From the IMG/VR virus record IMGVR_UViG_3300028215_000034: 64,000 nt of DNA, one strand, 5' to 3'. Under the pieces are notes generated by a model. That model saw nothing but the letters and a program-made list of their open reading frames with translations, had not been told where the DNA came from and ran no database searches. This DNA comes from an uncultured virus (IMG/VR IMGVR_UViG_3300028215_000034). Its lineage: Duplodnaviria; Heunggongvirae; Uroviricota; Caudoviricetes; Schitoviridae. The translations under genes and the position numbers were made by a program. Positions 39,477 to 48,842 of the stretch are shown here, piece after piece (the first letter of the stretch is position 1; the number at the start of each line of letters is the position of its first letter).

Positions 39477-39755
39477 ATGGCTGTACTTAACAAGAAAACG
39501 TCTGGTGTGCCGACTGGTGCCGTGTACATCGGGCGTGGTTCCAAGTGGGGCAACCCATTTGTAATTGGTAAAGACGGTGACCGCAACTCGGTCTGTGAGA
39601 AGCACCGTGATTACCTCTGGCAACAGCTAGAGTCCGGTGAGATCACAAAGGCTGATCTCTTAACACTCAAGGGCAAAGACCTTGTGTGTTTCTGTGCGCC
39701 TCAGCGTTGCCACGGGCACACGCTTGAGCGTGCTATTACATGGGCTGCTGAGTAG
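39477..39755 (+). CDS. DUF4326-family protein
   Basis: VYIGRGSKWGNPF...LKGKDLVCFCAPQRCHG signature. Confidence 0.9.
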   Translation: MAVLNKKTSGVPTGAVYIGRGSKWGNPFVIGKDGDRNSVCEKHRDYLWQQLESGEITKADLLTLKGKDLVCFCAPQRCHGHTLERAITWAAE

Positions 39756-39997
39756 CCCTCACGACACTCCTGACAGCATCCGTTGTCAGGCACTACCCAT
39801 ATAAGGCCCATGCCATGTTCTTCCTGCACAAAGCTCAGGCGACCAACCTATTCAATCGTTTCCAGTATCACTCCAGCAAAGGCAATAAGTTACGCGCCTT
39901 TGCTTATCGCTGGGTGCTGAAGCATTCATACGTTTAAACCCGTTAATAAGACAACTGACCAATTCTGGTCGGTTGTTATGTCCTTGGAGGACTGTGT

Positions 39998-40252
39998 ATG
40001 AGTTTTGATTTGGTACGTAATGGGTTGTCAAAGCTGGGCTTTGAAAGAGCATTAGTAGATCTGTGGTGCAATGAATCCGTTGTACCAGACGGTGAAGACT
40101 TTGCTCTCAGCGGTGGCGAGTTCATAGACATTGAAAACCAGTTTGGTGAAGTGTTTTCTTATGTGTTTGAACAGCAGCCAGAGGGAAATATTGTCTTCAA
40201 GCTGATACACACCAGTGATGAGGACTACGACGACAACTACTTTCCCCAGTAA
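39998..40252 (+). CDS. Early acidic hypothetical protein
   Basis: GGAGG RBS. Confidence 0.65.
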   Translation: MSFDLVRNGLSKLGFERALVDLWCNESVVPDGEDFALSGGEFIDIENQFGEVFSYVFEQQPEGNIVFKLIHTSDEDYDDNYFPQ

Positions 40253-40309
40253 CAACCGGCCACTCGCCTGGAAGCATTCGCTTCCAGGCTCCTTACTTTG
40301 GAGTTACTT

Positions 40310-40501
40310 ATGTCCAAGATACAGAGACTGGATCAGCACCTCATCAATGTAGGTGAAGCGTTTGGTAAGCAATCGCCTCAATACGCTTACGCCTTGTCTG
40401 AGTTACATCAAGCCATGAATGGTGAATCAAAAGTGAGCTTCGAGTCAGACGACTCGATGGACTCATACCTTGAACCTACAACCTCTGGAGTATCTACATG
40501 A
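40310..40501 (+). CDS. Early hypothetical protein
   Basis: TTGGAGT RBS before ATG 40310. Confidence 0.65.
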   Translation: MSKIQRLDQHLINVGEAFGKQSPQYAYALSELHQAMNGESKVSFESDDSMDSYLEPTTSGVST

Positions 40502-40842
40502 TCACTTTAGCGACATTGGATCAAGCATCTAAGCAAGAAGTATTCACGCAGGTAAAGGATCACCTGCTGTTACAAAACGAGAAGAGCATGATTAATGGTA
40601 GCTGTGCTTACCGTGGGAGTAACGGCTTGCAATGTTCTGCTGGCTGTCTCATGAGCGATGAGGAAGCCAAGTACGTACCAGAGCAGAAAGCATGGCGGAC
40701 GTTATTAGATCTAGGGTTTGTTAAGTCATATAAACACACACAGTTGATCTCTGTTCTTCAAGATATTCATGACGGTGAACTTCCTGAAGAATGGGCTGAG
40801 AGCCTGCAACGCTTGGCTTTCGACGAAGGCCTTAACTACTGA
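40498..40842 (+). CDS. Conserved phage protein (CAYR...C.AGCL...LQ.IHD)
   Basis: Motif seen, TGGAGT RBS, ATGA overlap. Confidence 0.75.
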   Translation: MITLATLDQASKQEVFTQVKDHLLLQNEKSMINGSCAYRGSNGLQCSAGCLMSDEEAKYVPEQKAWRTLLDLGFVKSYKHTQLISVLQDIHDGELPEEWAESLQRLAFDEGLNY

Positions 40843-40912
40843 AACTACTTGCTTACGCCCAAGAGATGAATCGACAGGCACTCAGCCTGCCTTCATCCTT
40901 TGGAGTATTCTT

Positions 40913-41089
40913 ATGCCACGCGAAACTGTCCCACTGGAAAACAGATACCACATCACCGTCTTCGATGAGAGTGGTGCAAACCTACCAATCGACAACATGA
41001 CCCGGCAAGAGTTCGATGACTTCCGGCATGGTCATCACTCAGATGACCTCGATTATGCATACGAATACAGCCGTATGCGTACCAAGTGA
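40913..41089 (+). CDS. Early hypothetical protein
   Basis: TTGGAGT RBS before ATG 40913. Confidence 0.6.
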   Translation: MPRETVPLENRYHITVFDESGANLPIDNMTRQEFDDFRHGHHSDDLDYAYEYSRMRTK

Positions 41090-41095
41090 CTAACT

Positions 41096-41123
41096 GACAC
41101 CCTTCGGGGTGTCTTTGTTTTTG
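41096..41123 (+). terminator. Intrinsic terminator
   Basis: GACACCC-TTCG-GGGTGTC then TTTGTTTTTG. Confidence 0.85.
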
Positions 41124-41273
41124 TAATACGTATGAACCTCGTGTAATGTGCCTACCTCTATTAATGCTACACAACACAAGGCGCCTATAAGCTATTGAAT
41201 AAATTACAAGATTTATACGTGCCTGCCTTACTGATTGCTTACGCCTGTGTCATGGTTCCTAAAGGAGAAAACC

Positions 41274-41420
41274 ATGACTTACTGCCTGACACTTTCCTAT
41301 GCCTGCCCTGTCTGTGGGTACAGTTGGGAAGACTCAATTAGTTACACACCTGCCTTGTCTGTGGGTGACTGCCAGTGTCCGAATTGCGAAGAGCCTGTTA
41401 GCCCGGTAGTTAACCGCTAA
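41274..41420 (+). CDS. Small Zn-ribbon protein
   Basis: CPVC...CPNC, AAGGAG RBS. Confidence 0.6.
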   Translation: MTYCLTLSYACPVCGYSWEDSISYTPALSVGDCQCPNCEEPVSPVVNR

Positions 41421-41523
41421 GGTAACTGCTTGCTTACACTCAGGTAATGTAACGAAATTAAATAAGCTATCGCTTTAAAATGCCCAATTCTGGGTGTCTG
41501 TCCTATTACTTTGGAGTTTTATT

Positions 41524-41856
41524 ATGGGTTTTCAAAAGACCTCTACCGCTAATAATGTTGAACCTTCTGCCCGTCCACAGGCTGCTCCTGTTACTACTGG
41601 TCAGAACAGTCGCCGTAATCCGGCTGATGCTTACGTCAATATCTCCGTGCGTACCACGGATGATGCCCATGCCAAAGTTGGTGCTATCTCGCTAAATGCA
41701 GATAAGCCGCTGGATAAGCAGATACTGGATCACATCGTTGATTCCGTTGATGAAGGTACGCCGATTGAAGAAGTCATGGCACAACTGGCAGGGCGCCTCG
41801 TGTTGGACTTCAAGCGTGCTGACGGTAACAACGGTAAGAAACTAGATCTGGGTTAA
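41524..41856 (+). CDS. ssDNA-binding RNAP II cofactor (N4 gp2 / LUZ7 Drc-like)
   Basis: Disordered N-terminus, then ADAYVNISVRT..D....VGAISL.AD..L..QI...RLVL...LDL, resembling Drc. Lies just before the RNAP II genes. Confidence 0.7.
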   Translation: MGFQKTSTANNVEPSARPQAAPVTTGQNSRRNPADAYVNISVRTTDDAHAKVGAISLNADKPLDKQILDHIVDSVDEGTPIEEVMAQLAGRLVLDFKRADGNNGKKLDLG

Positions 41857-41877
41857 TCCCGTTGAGTTACCGACCTA

Positions 41878-41914
41878 AAAACAGGCTGCCTAAGGGTGGC
41901 CTGTTTTGTTTTTA
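41878..41914 (+). terminator. Intrinsic terminator
   Basis: AAAACAGGCTGCC-TAAG-GGTGGCCTGTTTT-GTTTTT. Confidence 0.8.
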
Positions 41915-41935
41915 CATCCCTGTAAGGATTGATCT

Positions 41936-42163
41936 ATGTCTATGAACTCTATGCAAATAGCCTATAACACCAAGCCTACAACCATTGGTGAACTTCGTAA
42001 TTACCTAGATTTGTTGGAATCCGCTTGGGATGAACAAGATGATAAATATCTGGGTACTTTCGCTAACCAAACGCTGTACTTGGAGACACCGGAAGGCATG
42101 AGCCAAGCCCGGTACCAATACCACGCTGAATTCGGCTTGGTTGCCATACTCAAGGAGATGTGA
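41936..42163 (+). CDS. Hypothetical protein
   Basis: AGGA RBS, in operon with RNAP1. Confidence 0.65.
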   Translation: MSMNSMQIAYNTKPTTIGELRNYLDLLESAWDEQDDKYLGTFANQTLYLETPEGMSQARYQYHAEFGLVAILKEM

Positions 42164-42166
42164 ACC

Positions 42167-43081
42167 ATGCCCAGTCACATGATCCCGCACGACATCCAAC
42201 TTACCAACGAGTACATGTACTCGCGTAAGTTCATCGATCAGTACATCGACAAGGAGATACGTGAGAACCCGGCAATGGAGTTGAAGGTTATTGAGGGCGT
42301 CAGGCTGCTGGAGGACTGGACTGCCCAGACCTTCAGCTATAAGTCGAAGAACGATCGTGTTGCTCAGCTTGTGGGCATCGATCTGGAGCAACTAGTGAGA
42401 TCCCTGTTCATTGGTGTGGCTTACTGCCAGACCCCTGAGCTGTTCACCAGTGTCACGGCTCAGTTGGCAGGGCGCCTGAAGTTCGATGACAAGCGGGACA
42501 GCATCCTGACTGTCGCTGAACTGATGGCGGTGCTGTGCCTGACTGACACCTTTGACATTATCAAGGGTGAACGGTCTGACTCATTGGTAATCCAGTCCAG
42601 AATACCTCTGAGCCTCCAGCTCCTGACGTATGTGAACCAGTCTGGTTACCTGCCACCGATGGTGTGTGAGCCGCTTGAGGTGGTCAACAACCACGACTCA
42701 GGCTACCTCACGCACAATGACTGCCTGATACTCGGGCAGAACAATGACCACAGCCATGACATCTGCATAGATGTCATTAACACCCAGAACAAGATCCCTC
42801 TGAAGCTGGATCTTGAGTTCCTATCCACCGTTGAGGAGATGCCCAAGAAGCCTCTCGATACCGTCGAGAAGTTGCACCAATGGGGTGTCTTCAAGGCTGA
42901 CAGTTACAACCGGTACCTATTGATAGCCGGCCAAGGTAATCGGTTCTGGTTTACCAACAAAGTTGATACCCGTGGGCGCTTATACGCACAGGGGTATCAC
43001 ATATCAACCCAGGGATCGGCCTTCAAAAAGGCAATGATCGAATTTGCAGACGAGGAAATCGTCACTGGAGTACCTACATGA
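42167..43081 (+). CDS. RNA polymerase II subunit 1 (N4 gp15 homolog)
   Basis: YLPPMVCEP, SGYLT, DTRGRLYAQGY (DxRGRxY motif), QGSAFKKA. Confidence 0.92.
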   Translation: MPSHMIPHDIQLTNEYMYSRKFIDQYIDKEIRENPAMELKVIEGVRLLEDWTAQTFSYKSKNDRVAQLVGIDLEQLVRSLFIGVAYCQTPELFTSVTAQLAGRLKFDDKRDSILTVAELMAVLCLTDTFDIIKGERSDSLVIQSRIPLSLQLLTYVNQSGYLPPMVCEPLEVVNNHDSGYLTHNDCLILGQNNDHSHDICIDVINTQNKIPLKLDLEFLSTVEEMPKKPLDTVEKLHQWGVFKADSYNRYLLIAGQGNRFWFTNKVDTRGRLYAQGYHISTQGSAFKKAMIEFADEEIVTGVPT

Positions 43082-43365
43082 AACTTTACCACTGGAACTC
43101 AAAGCTACTGCAAGCCCACGGTGATGGCGACATTATCGTTATGGCCATGAACGTTGAAGAGGCTCGTGACAAGGTTTGGAGCCAATTTGACCCACAAAAA
43201 GAAGGTAACCCTTTTGAAGATTCTTACCTGCAAATGTTGTACTGGGACAATGATGAAGACTACCCAACAGAGTACATGAAGAGACTTAACGCACTCCTCG
43301 AAGACCTCAACAAAGAACCCATGCAGCCCATCTCTGATGTGATCTGCATCAATGGCTCTGCCTGA
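43078..43365 (+). CDS. Hypothetical protein between the RNAP II subunits
   Basis: TGGAGT RBS, ATGA overlap. Confidence 0.7.
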   Translation: MKLYHWNSKLLQAHGDGDIIVMAMNVEEARDKVWSQFDPQKEGNPFEDSYLQMLYWDNDEDYPTEYMKRLNALLEDLNKEPMQPISDVICINGSA

Positions 43366-43381
43366 ATAACATTACTCACAG

Positions 43382-43402
43382 CCGGCCTCCGGCCGGTTTG
43401 TG
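43382..43402 (+). promoter_or_regulatory. TCC-loop hairpin (copy 3)
   Basis: CCGGCC-TCC-GGCCGG-TTT-GTG. Confidence 0.55.
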
Positions 43403-43440
43403 GCGTGCCTCACATACGACTTCACTGGAGTAACCGTACT

Positions 43441-43731
43441 ATGAAGAAAAAATCGCAACACCAAAAAGAACTTATTCAACATCTTTCTTACATGTTGTCA
43501 GCTACGGATACATACGCCGATCAACATAGACTCGCTGATTGGATGATCGAAACATTGGCTACCTACCTTACGCCTGAAAGATTAGGACCACTTGTTCATA
43601 GCTTAACCAATGACATGGGAAATGAAAATCATACTACCTTCCATTTACTTAACGTAAACGAGCGCGAATACACTGAAGCTTGTTTGCTTGAGTTCAAGTG
43701 GAACAAGCTTTATTACAAACGAGCAAGCTAA
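43441..43731 (+). CDS. Hypothetical protein
   Basis: TGGAGT RBS before ATG 43441. Confidence 0.65.
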   Translation: MKKKSQHQKELIQHLSYMLSATDTYADQHRLADWMIETLATYLTPERLGPLVHSLTNDMGNENHTTFHLLNVNEREYTEACLLEFKWNKLYYKRAS

Positions 43732-43749
43732 ACAAACTGGAGCATTACT

Positions 43750-45004
43750 ATGGATTTCTTCACTGGCTGGCAGTACCTGTTAATTGATTGTGCAAACAAC
43801 TTTGGTAAGGACAAGCTTGTATTTGAAGACCGTATCCAGTGGGCTACGGACAACTTGGATCACCTTGAGGAACTGGCCGTAGGTGAGGAATGGAAAGACA
43901 AAACCTTTGTACCTAAAGGCCGTTGGCGCCATACGCAAAGCTCAAGCCGGCAAGCCAACCGGCCACATGGTCGGCTTTGATTCGGTGAATTCGGGAATGC
44001 AGATCATGTCTACCCTCACTGGCTGCATTGCAGGCGCCACAGCCACAGGCTTAGTGGACCCAGACAAACGGGCTGATGCCTATACGGAATGCACTGACAT
44101 CATGAGTAGGATACTGGGTGTCCTCATGACGCACGACAGGGACGACGTAAAGGCAAGCTGTATGACCGTTTTGTATGGCTCAAAGAACGAGCCTAAAAAG
44201 ATGTTCGGTAAGGACACACCTGAGTTGCAAGCGTTCTATCAAGCCATGTGGCAACTGGCACCGGGAGCCTGTGAGCTGCTACAAGACCTGATCGATTCAT
44301 GGCAACCGTTTGCCTTGGCTCATGAATGTGTATCACCTGATGGCTTCCATGCCAAGAACAAAGTCATGCAGAAAGTCGAGGGTGTCAGGATTGAGGTAGA
44401 TGAGTTGGATCACGCCACATTCACCTACGAGTACTACATCAACGAAGGCTCGGAAAGCGGTTTGTCAAATGTAGCAAACATGATCCAGCAAGGTGATGCT
44501 TACGTCTTGCGGTGTCTGGTGCGTCGATGCAACTACGACCCTGAGCTTATGCAGTGGGCTTCCCATCACATTGAGGCGCTTCTATTGGAGCGTCACATGT
44601 GCCTTTCAATCCAATCCAGTGATGACTGGCTCAACGGTGATTTCTTGCGTCTTCGCAACCGGTACGAGGCCAGCCAAATGCCTGACATTCGGATTTTAAA
44701 TTACGCACAGGAATGGGAATTACGAGCCATGACTACAGCCCACCTCAAGGGATTGGCAGGCATTATCAACCGGATGTTGGAACATAAACCATTTCCGGTC
44801 ATACCGATCCATGACGACTATAAATCCCACGCCAACAACATGAATCACCTACGTCAGCACTACATCGACATCTTCGCAGGGATGGCCGATAGCACCATGC
44901 TGGATGACATCCTCAGCCAGTTGCACGGCACGCCGGGAATCTTCCCTAAGAAATCCACCAACCTTGCAGCCAAGATCCGTGGTTGTAATTACGCGTTGTC
45001 CTAA
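43750..45004 (+). CDS. RNA polymerase II subunit 2 (N4 gp16 homolog), apparent 1-nt insertion near 43900
   Basis: YLLIDCANNFGKDK start, motif A FDSVNSGMQI, motif B R...K...M...YG, motif C IHDDY. Removing one A from the ACAAAACC run joins the two ORFs (WKDKPLYLKAV). Confidence 0.92.
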
Positions 45005-45023
45005 AACTACTGATACTGCCAAG

Positions 45024-45045
45024 GTGGCCTCCGGCCACTTTTATG
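45024..45045 (+). promoter_or_regulatory. TCC-loop hairpin (copy 4)
   Basis: GTGGCC-TCC-GGCCAC-TTTT-ATG. Confidence 0.5.
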
Positions 45046-45059
45046 ATTGTTAAGTTCAT

Positions 45060-45087
45060 GACCACCCTTCGGGGTGGTCTTTTTTTA
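45060..45087 (+). terminator. Intrinsic terminator
   Basis: GACCACCC-TTCG-GGGTGGTC then T8. Confidence 0.9.
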
Positions 45088-45199
45088 TGCACTGCATAGA
45101 CTTATCAGAAGTTAGAAACAAACTTCTTCATAGACCCGACCTATATACTATTTTTACCAAATCACCAATTTCCAGCGATACATACCCGAGGACATAACT

Positions 45200-45484
45200 A
45201 TGCCCGTTCAATGCCTTACTTACGCTCAGAAGCAACTTGTTGAGCGTTTCACAGTTAATGAAATCCTGAACCAAACGGAGCTTGCAATGCATTTCCATGT
45301 CTCACGTCGAACCATTCAACGTGTGCTTATTGAAGCCGGTGTTTTGGTTTACAACACCAAGTCTGCACCAGAAAAACCTTCAGCCAAAGTATTGGATGAT
45401 GTGGAAATGCTCACACTTCTACGTCAATACGGTATGACACCCGCTACGTTAGAAGGCGCATTGTGTAGGACTAACCATGTCTGA
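45200..45484 (+). CDS. HTH DNA-binding protein
   Basis: NQTELAMHFHVSRRTIQRVL. Confidence 0.8.
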   Translation: MPVQCLTYAQKQLVERFTVNEILNQTELAMHFHVSRRTIQRVLIEAGVLVYNTKSAPEKPSAKVLDDVEMLTLLRQYGMTPATLEGALCRTNHV

Positions 45485-45680
45485 GACAGACATCAAGCCT
45501 ATTCACCAAAGCCTATTCCCAACGAAAAACAGTCTACTTGAAGTAACTGAGTTTCTTCACGCTCAACTACCTTTCGATGCCCACAACCAGTTACATGCCG
45601 CGTTAATGACTTATCACAACACGCTGCTGCATGTACTCAACAAAGAGATAAGCAATGACAACTCAAAAAGCAACACTTGA
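45477..45680 (+). CDS. Conserved N4-like hypothetical protein
   Basis: SLFPT..SL.EV...LP...N.L...LMTYHNTLL motif. Confidence 0.7.
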   Translation: MSETDIKPIHQSLFPTKNSLLEVTEFLHAQLPFDAHNQLHAALMTYHNTLLHVLNKEISNDNSKSNT

Positions 45681-45960
45681 ACAGTTTCATGAATTTGTAA
45701 ACGCACAAGCCACCAAAAACCCAGAGCGCCCTATTGATAATAGCGGTGGATGGACTGGCTGTGCTGTAGGTGATTTTGTCCGCGAACACATGAATAAGTC
45801 TTCAACAGACCTAAGATTACAATGGATTGCAGAAGATTTGTTTGGTTACGATACCGATCTTTGGTTCTTTATGAATCAAGGTAGTAATGACCTTTTCACT
45901 TACCAAGAGCTGTCAGAAGTTCTCGAAGAGTACGGAGTAGAAAATCATGACCACAGTTAA
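45655..45960 (+). CDS. Hypothetical protein
   Basis: Overlapping operon ORF, W.GCAVGDF motif. Confidence 0.65.
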   Translation: MTTQKATLEQFHEFVNAQATKNPERPIDNSGGWTGCAVGDFVREHMNKSSTDLRLQWIAEDLFGYDTDLWFFMNQGSNDLFTYQELSEVLEEYGVENHDHS

Positions 45961-46165
45961 TCAAGCCGCTGAAGAACGCTACCCAGGTAAAACCTTTGAT
46001 ACCGCACTCCCACAACAATGGGTCGATGCTATGTCAGAGCGAGGCTTCGATGTGCGCCGTAACTTTGTCACCTTGTACCCAAAAGACAGTGTTGCTTACA
46101 TGGCTCCGATTACAACGGAAGGCATTCGTATGGCCGCTATTGTTGCATCCAACATTCAGGAGTAA
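45947..46165 (+). CDS. Hypothetical protein
   Basis: GGAG RBS, operon context. Confidence 0.65.
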   Translation: MTTVNQAAEERYPGKTFDTALPQQWVDAMSERGFDVRRNFVTLYPKDSVAYMAPITTEGIRMAAIVASNIQE

Positions 46166-46168
46166 ATA

Positions 46169-47278
46169 ATGTCTGTTTACACCCAAACCCTGTACCAGAA
46201 CCATGGCTCTGCTATTGGTTACTGGAAAGGCAGCGTTGATCTAAATGGCTACGTCACTATTGAGTACGCCAAGAAGCTGGACGGTAAGCCGGTACAAAAA
46301 CACTATCAAGCCTTTGCCAAGAACGTAGGCCGTGCTAACGCGACTACACCGTATGAGCAAGGTGCTTCAGAGGTAGCCAGTAAAGCCCGACTCAAAATGG
46401 ACAAAGGGTATGTGGAGACTGTAGAAGAAGCCACTGAACCCAGCACCAACAGTCTTGGGCTGCTAAAACCCATGCTGGCCACGCCCCTGGAGAAAATCAA
46501 ACCAGAAAAGATTGACTGGGCTAATGCCTTTGTTCAACCCAAGCTGGACGGTCACAGGGCACTGTTTAATGGCGGTGTGCTGTACAGCCGGCAAGGTAAG
46601 GTACTGGATCTTCCGTACATCACTGAAGCCATCACAGCAGCGGGTATCGACCACCTGCATTTGGACGGTGAGTTGTACATTCACGGCAAAACCCTTCAGG
46701 AAATGTCGAGGCTGATCAAGAAGCATCGCCCTGAGTCCCTGGACATTGAGTATCACATCTATGACCAGATACTGGACTTGCCCTTCCAAGACCGCATCAT
46801 TGACTTGTGCAACACCGTTCCGCAGTGGCCTAAAGGGACACGACTAAAAGCGGTACCCACGTACAGTGTGTTTTCCATGGAAGATGTCATGGAACACCAC
46901 ACAGCGTACCGGAACCAGAACTACGAAGGCACTATGCTGCGCTTTGGTTCTGACGACTACCAACATGGTAAACGGTCTCGCACCCTACTGAAACTTAAAG
47001 AGTTCCAGGACGAAGAGTTCATGATCATGCGTGTCACAGAAGGGAAACCTTATGTCACAGAAGAAGGCACTTTCCGGGTACCAATCTACGAGTGTCAATA
47101 CAAACCAGGAGGCCCAACCTTCACGGTAACAGCGCCGGGTAATATGCACGAAAAGCACGCGCTATGGGTAGATAGTGATGCTACCTGCGGAAAGTTCCTC
47201 ACAATTAAATTCCATTACTACTCCGCAGACGGCATTCCCCAACTGCCTATCGCACTTCGCTTTCACGAAACCATTTAA
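46169..47278 (+). CDS. ATP-dependent DNA ligase
   Basis: PMLA, motif I QPKLDGHR, LDGELY, YHIYD, YEGTMLR, LLKLK. Confidence 0.92.
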   Translation: MSVYTQTLYQNHGSAIGYWKGSVDLNGYVTIEYAKKLDGKPVQKHYQAFAKNVGRANATTPYEQGASEVASKARLKMDKGYVETVEEATEPSTNSLGLLKPMLATPLEKIKPEKIDWANAFVQPKLDGHRALFNGGVLYSRQGKVLDLPYITEAITAAGIDHLHLDGELYIHGKTLQEMSRLIKKHRPESLDIEYHIYDQILDLPFQDRIIDLCNTVPQWPKGTRLKAVPTYSVFSMEDVMEHHTAYRNQNYEGTMLRFGSDDYQHGKRSRTLLKLKEFQDEEFMIMRVTEGKPYVTEEGTFRVPIYECQYKPGGPTFTVTAPGNMHEKHALWVDSDATCGKFLTIKFHYYSADGIPQLPIALRFHETI

Positions 47279-47295
47279 CACAAAAGGACACTCTC

Positions 47296-47721
47296 ATGGG
47301 TTACACCCATTACTGGGATCAGAAAGCTGAGCCTGAATACATGCAGTGGCTTGCAATCATGGAACACCTCAAGCACATCATTGAACAGGCAATCGAAGAT
47401 GGTCCAATGTGTATTCAGTATGAATCTGATGATGATGCACCTGTTTTAATCACCAATGACCTCATACGTTTTAACGGTATTGGTGATGAGGCCCATGAAA
47501 CGTTTGGTCTGAGCCGCATTGATGTAGGTGAGTTTGATTTCTGTAAGACAGCCAACAAACCGTATGACAAGTTTGTAGTTTACGTTCTCATTCTGGCTCA
47601 TAACCTCGCACCTGGGTGTTACATCATCACATCCGATGGTGACGCAAGCGACTGGCAAGAATACTTGAATCAACTCAACAGGATTTGCGCCACCGCCTAC
47701 ACACTACCCGAAACCATTTAA
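47296..47721 (+). CDS. Conserved hypothetical phage protein
   Basis: MGYTHYW...FNG...HETF...FCKTA.KPYD...SDG motif. Confidence 0.75.
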   Translation: MGYTHYWDQKAEPEYMQWLAIMEHLKHIIEQAIEDGPMCIQYESDDDAPVLITNDLIRFNGIGDEAHETFGLSRIDVGEFDFCKTANKPYDKFVVYVLILAHNLAPGCYIITSDGDASDWQEYLNQLNRICATAYTLPETI

Positions 47722-47735
47722 CCCCATAAACACAG

Positions 47736-47757
47736 GCACCCTCCGGGTGCTTTTGTG
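47736..47757 (+). promoter_or_regulatory. TCC-loop hairpin (copy 5)
   Basis: GCACCC-TCC-GGGTGC-TTTT-GTG. Confidence 0.55.
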
Positions 47758-47789
47758 TATCTAAAACCCCTCTTTTACAAGGAATACCC

Positions 47790-48833
47790 ATGGACACCAC
47801 AATTACTCTCCCTGACGCCAGGGTGATGATTGAGCGTTGTATCCGTGCAAATTTGGTGCCCAACTTATTGGGTAGCCCGGGTTGCGGAAAATCAGCTCTG
47901 ATTCATCAGATCGCAGAAGAATTCAATCTCAAAGTCATCGACCTTCGATTGTCGCAATGCGACCCCACAGACCTACTCGGATTTCCCGACATTGATCGTG
48001 AGCGTAACAAAGCCGGCTATGTCCCTATGGAGACGTTCCCTATTGAAGGGGATGAGCTACCTGTTAACCCAAAAACCGGTCAGAAATACTCAGGCTGGTT
48101 GCTGTTCCTGGACGAAGCCAACGGCGCTGATAACGAGACCACCAAGGCCTCCTACAAGCTCGTCAACGATAAGATGGTGGGTGTTAACCGCCTACACTCG
48201 AATGTCGCTATCGTCTGTGCAGGCAACCTGGTGACCGACAACGCATTGGTCGAGGAACAAGGCACGGCCATGCAATCACGACAAGTCCACATGGTCATGA
48301 AAGTAGACCCTGAAGCCTGGCTGACCTGGGCACGCGCTAACGGTATCGATTACCGCATCACTTCATGGATCGAGTTCAAGCCAGACGAGCTGTTCAAATT
48401 TGATCCAGAAAACGATGACCTCAACTTTCGCTGCCCCAGAACCTGGGAATTTCTGTCTCGTCTGATCAAAGGCATTGCAGAGCTGACGCCACTGGATCGT
48501 ATCCTGATGGCTGGCACTATCTCAGAAACAGGCTCCAGCGCCTTCTACGCCTTTACCAAGGTCTTTGAAGACTTGCCCACAGCCAAGCAAATCTGTGCAG
48601 ACCCAAACAACGTTCCGGTACCCAGAGAGCCTTCAACTACTTGGGCACTGACCGGGGCCTTGGGCCAATACGCAACCGAAAACAACATCTCGGACATCAT
48701 GAAATACATCAACCGGATCTCAAAAGAGTTCCAAATTGTATCCATGAAAGAGATCGCCCGTCAGACACCCAAACTGAAAAATTCAGCTCCCTTTGTGGAG
48801 TGGGTGACTCAAAACGCACACGAATACTTTTAA
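47790..48833 (+). CDS. MoxR-like AAA+ ATPase (N4 gp24 homolog)
   Basis: GSPGCGKS, IDLRLS, LLFLDE, AGN, PRTW. Confidence 0.88.
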   Translation: MDTTITLPDARVMIERCIRANLVPNLLGSPGCGKSALIHQIAEEFNLKVIDLRLSQCDPTDLLGFPDIDRERNKAGYVPMETFPIEGDELPVNPKTGQKYSGWLLFLDEANGADNETTKASYKLVNDKMVGVNRLHSNVAIVCAGNLVTDNALVEEQGTAMQSRQVHMVMKVDPEAWLTWARANGIDYRITSWIEFKPDELFKFDPENDDLNFRCPRTWEFLSRLIKGIAELTPLDRILMAGTISETGSSAFYAFTKVFEDLPTAKQICADPNNVPVPREPSTTWALTGALGQYATENNISDIMKYINRISKEFQIVSMKEIARQTPKLKNSAPFVEWVTQNAHEYF

Positions 48834-48842
48834 GGAGTAATT

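Noticed and set aside
37090..43750. Repeated TGGAGT motif as a novel repeat family
   Set aside because: It always lies a few nt before an ATG and is simply a stereotyped Shine-Dalgarno. I used it only to refine start codons.
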